From contig CAWIYV010000001.1 in assembly GCA_963840455.1 (NCBI GenBank), positions 308,158 through 372,157 of the forward strand: a DNA stretch of 64,000 nt. Direction: 5' to 3'. The position numbers and the translations under genes were made by a program. This DNA is from Nitrospirota bacterium. Lineage in GTDB: Bacteria; Nitrospirota; UBA9217. The notes under the pieces were generated by a model, which saw only the letters and a list, made by a program, of their open reading frames with translations, searched no databases and was not told where the DNA came from. Below are positions 63,511 to 64,000 of this stretch, in pieces (the stretch's first letter is position 1; each line of letters begins with the position of its first letter).

Positions 63511-63841
63511 CTACGACCGGCCGTCTACATTACTCCTTCGACTTCGGACAACAAGGAGAAGGAACAGCAACAGCGCAAAAAGCAGCCATGGGAAAAATGA
63601 GCTTTCCCATTCGACGGGAAGCACCGATGCGGGTTCGGGGCATCGGCTTGTTGTGCTTCTTCCTTTCAACCTTGACCGGCCTCCCGTCCTTATCGTGGCA
63701 ATAGTATTCCGCGTAATAGAGGCCCCATTCTGCTCACTCTTTATAGCACTGGTGACCTCCATAACGGTCCGTCTTGCCGGGGTGTGCAGATGCGGGAAGA
63801 ACGATGGAGAGGATCCGTAATGAGGCAAAAAGTGCTTTCAT
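63511..63841 (-). other. YHYH-like secreted/anchored protein with in-frame TGA (selenoprotein candidate or pseudogene)
   Basis: Manual translation MKALFASLRILSIVLPASAHPGKTDRYGGHQCYKE*AEWGLYYAEYYCHDKDG; TGA at 63736-63734; C-terminal TM in a shifted frame. Confidence 0.55.
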
Positions 63842-63901
63842 TTCGTCAGCTTAGCCCATCGTCACAGCATTATCAACGACCTCAATAAAAGGTACCTTTC
63901 C

Positions 63902-63930
63902 TTGACATCATTAGGTCGTGATGTTACATT
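63902..63930 (+). promoter_or_regulatory. Sigma70 promoter for tRNA-Ala
   Basis: TTGACA-17 bp-TACATT with upstream TG. Confidence 0.7.
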
Positions 63931-63955
63931 ACCCCTCGCAGTTGCAGAAAATAAT

Positions 63956-64000
63956 GGGGCTGTAGCTCAGCTGGGAGAGCACAAGGCTGGCAGTCTTGGG
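63956..64000 (+). tRNA. tRNA-Ala (GGC), truncated by window end
   Basis: GGGGCTGTAGCTCAGCTGGGAGAGC 5' half; anticodon arm CAAGG-CTGGCAG-TCTTG. Confidence 0.9.

Overview
GC-rich bacterial chromosome segment. Gene content and order suggest an anaerobic Nitrospirota- or Desulfobacterota-like organism (inference only). Left to right: resB and a Kef-type antiporter; tRNA-Sec carrying a ~2.1-kb integrase-less islet; a ~10-kb respiratory cluster with 30 CxxCH motifs (two triheme c7 paralogs, an 11-heme membrane-anchored cytochrome, Rieske/cytochrome b/pentaheme c, and a doubled tetraheme-NrfC-NrfD operon behind orphan atpZ/atpI); hemL, mobB, tatAC, htrA, queF; a c-di-GMP-I riboswitch heading a thiol/quinone redox gene run; tandem folate-independent methionine synthase-like genes; rpsF-ssb-rpsR-DUF2232; c-di-GMP signalling genes; an ECF sigma module; glgP, eno, pgm, hisS; an RsbU/W/V partner-switching module directly upstream of mlaE-F-D; a YHYH-like ORF with an in-frame UGA; and a partial tRNA-Ala. 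Several families of intergenic palindromic repeats are present. Many single-base frameshifts suggest assembly indel errors. No CRISPR array, rRNA or intact transposase was seen. All calls come from motif recognition by eye; no database search was run.
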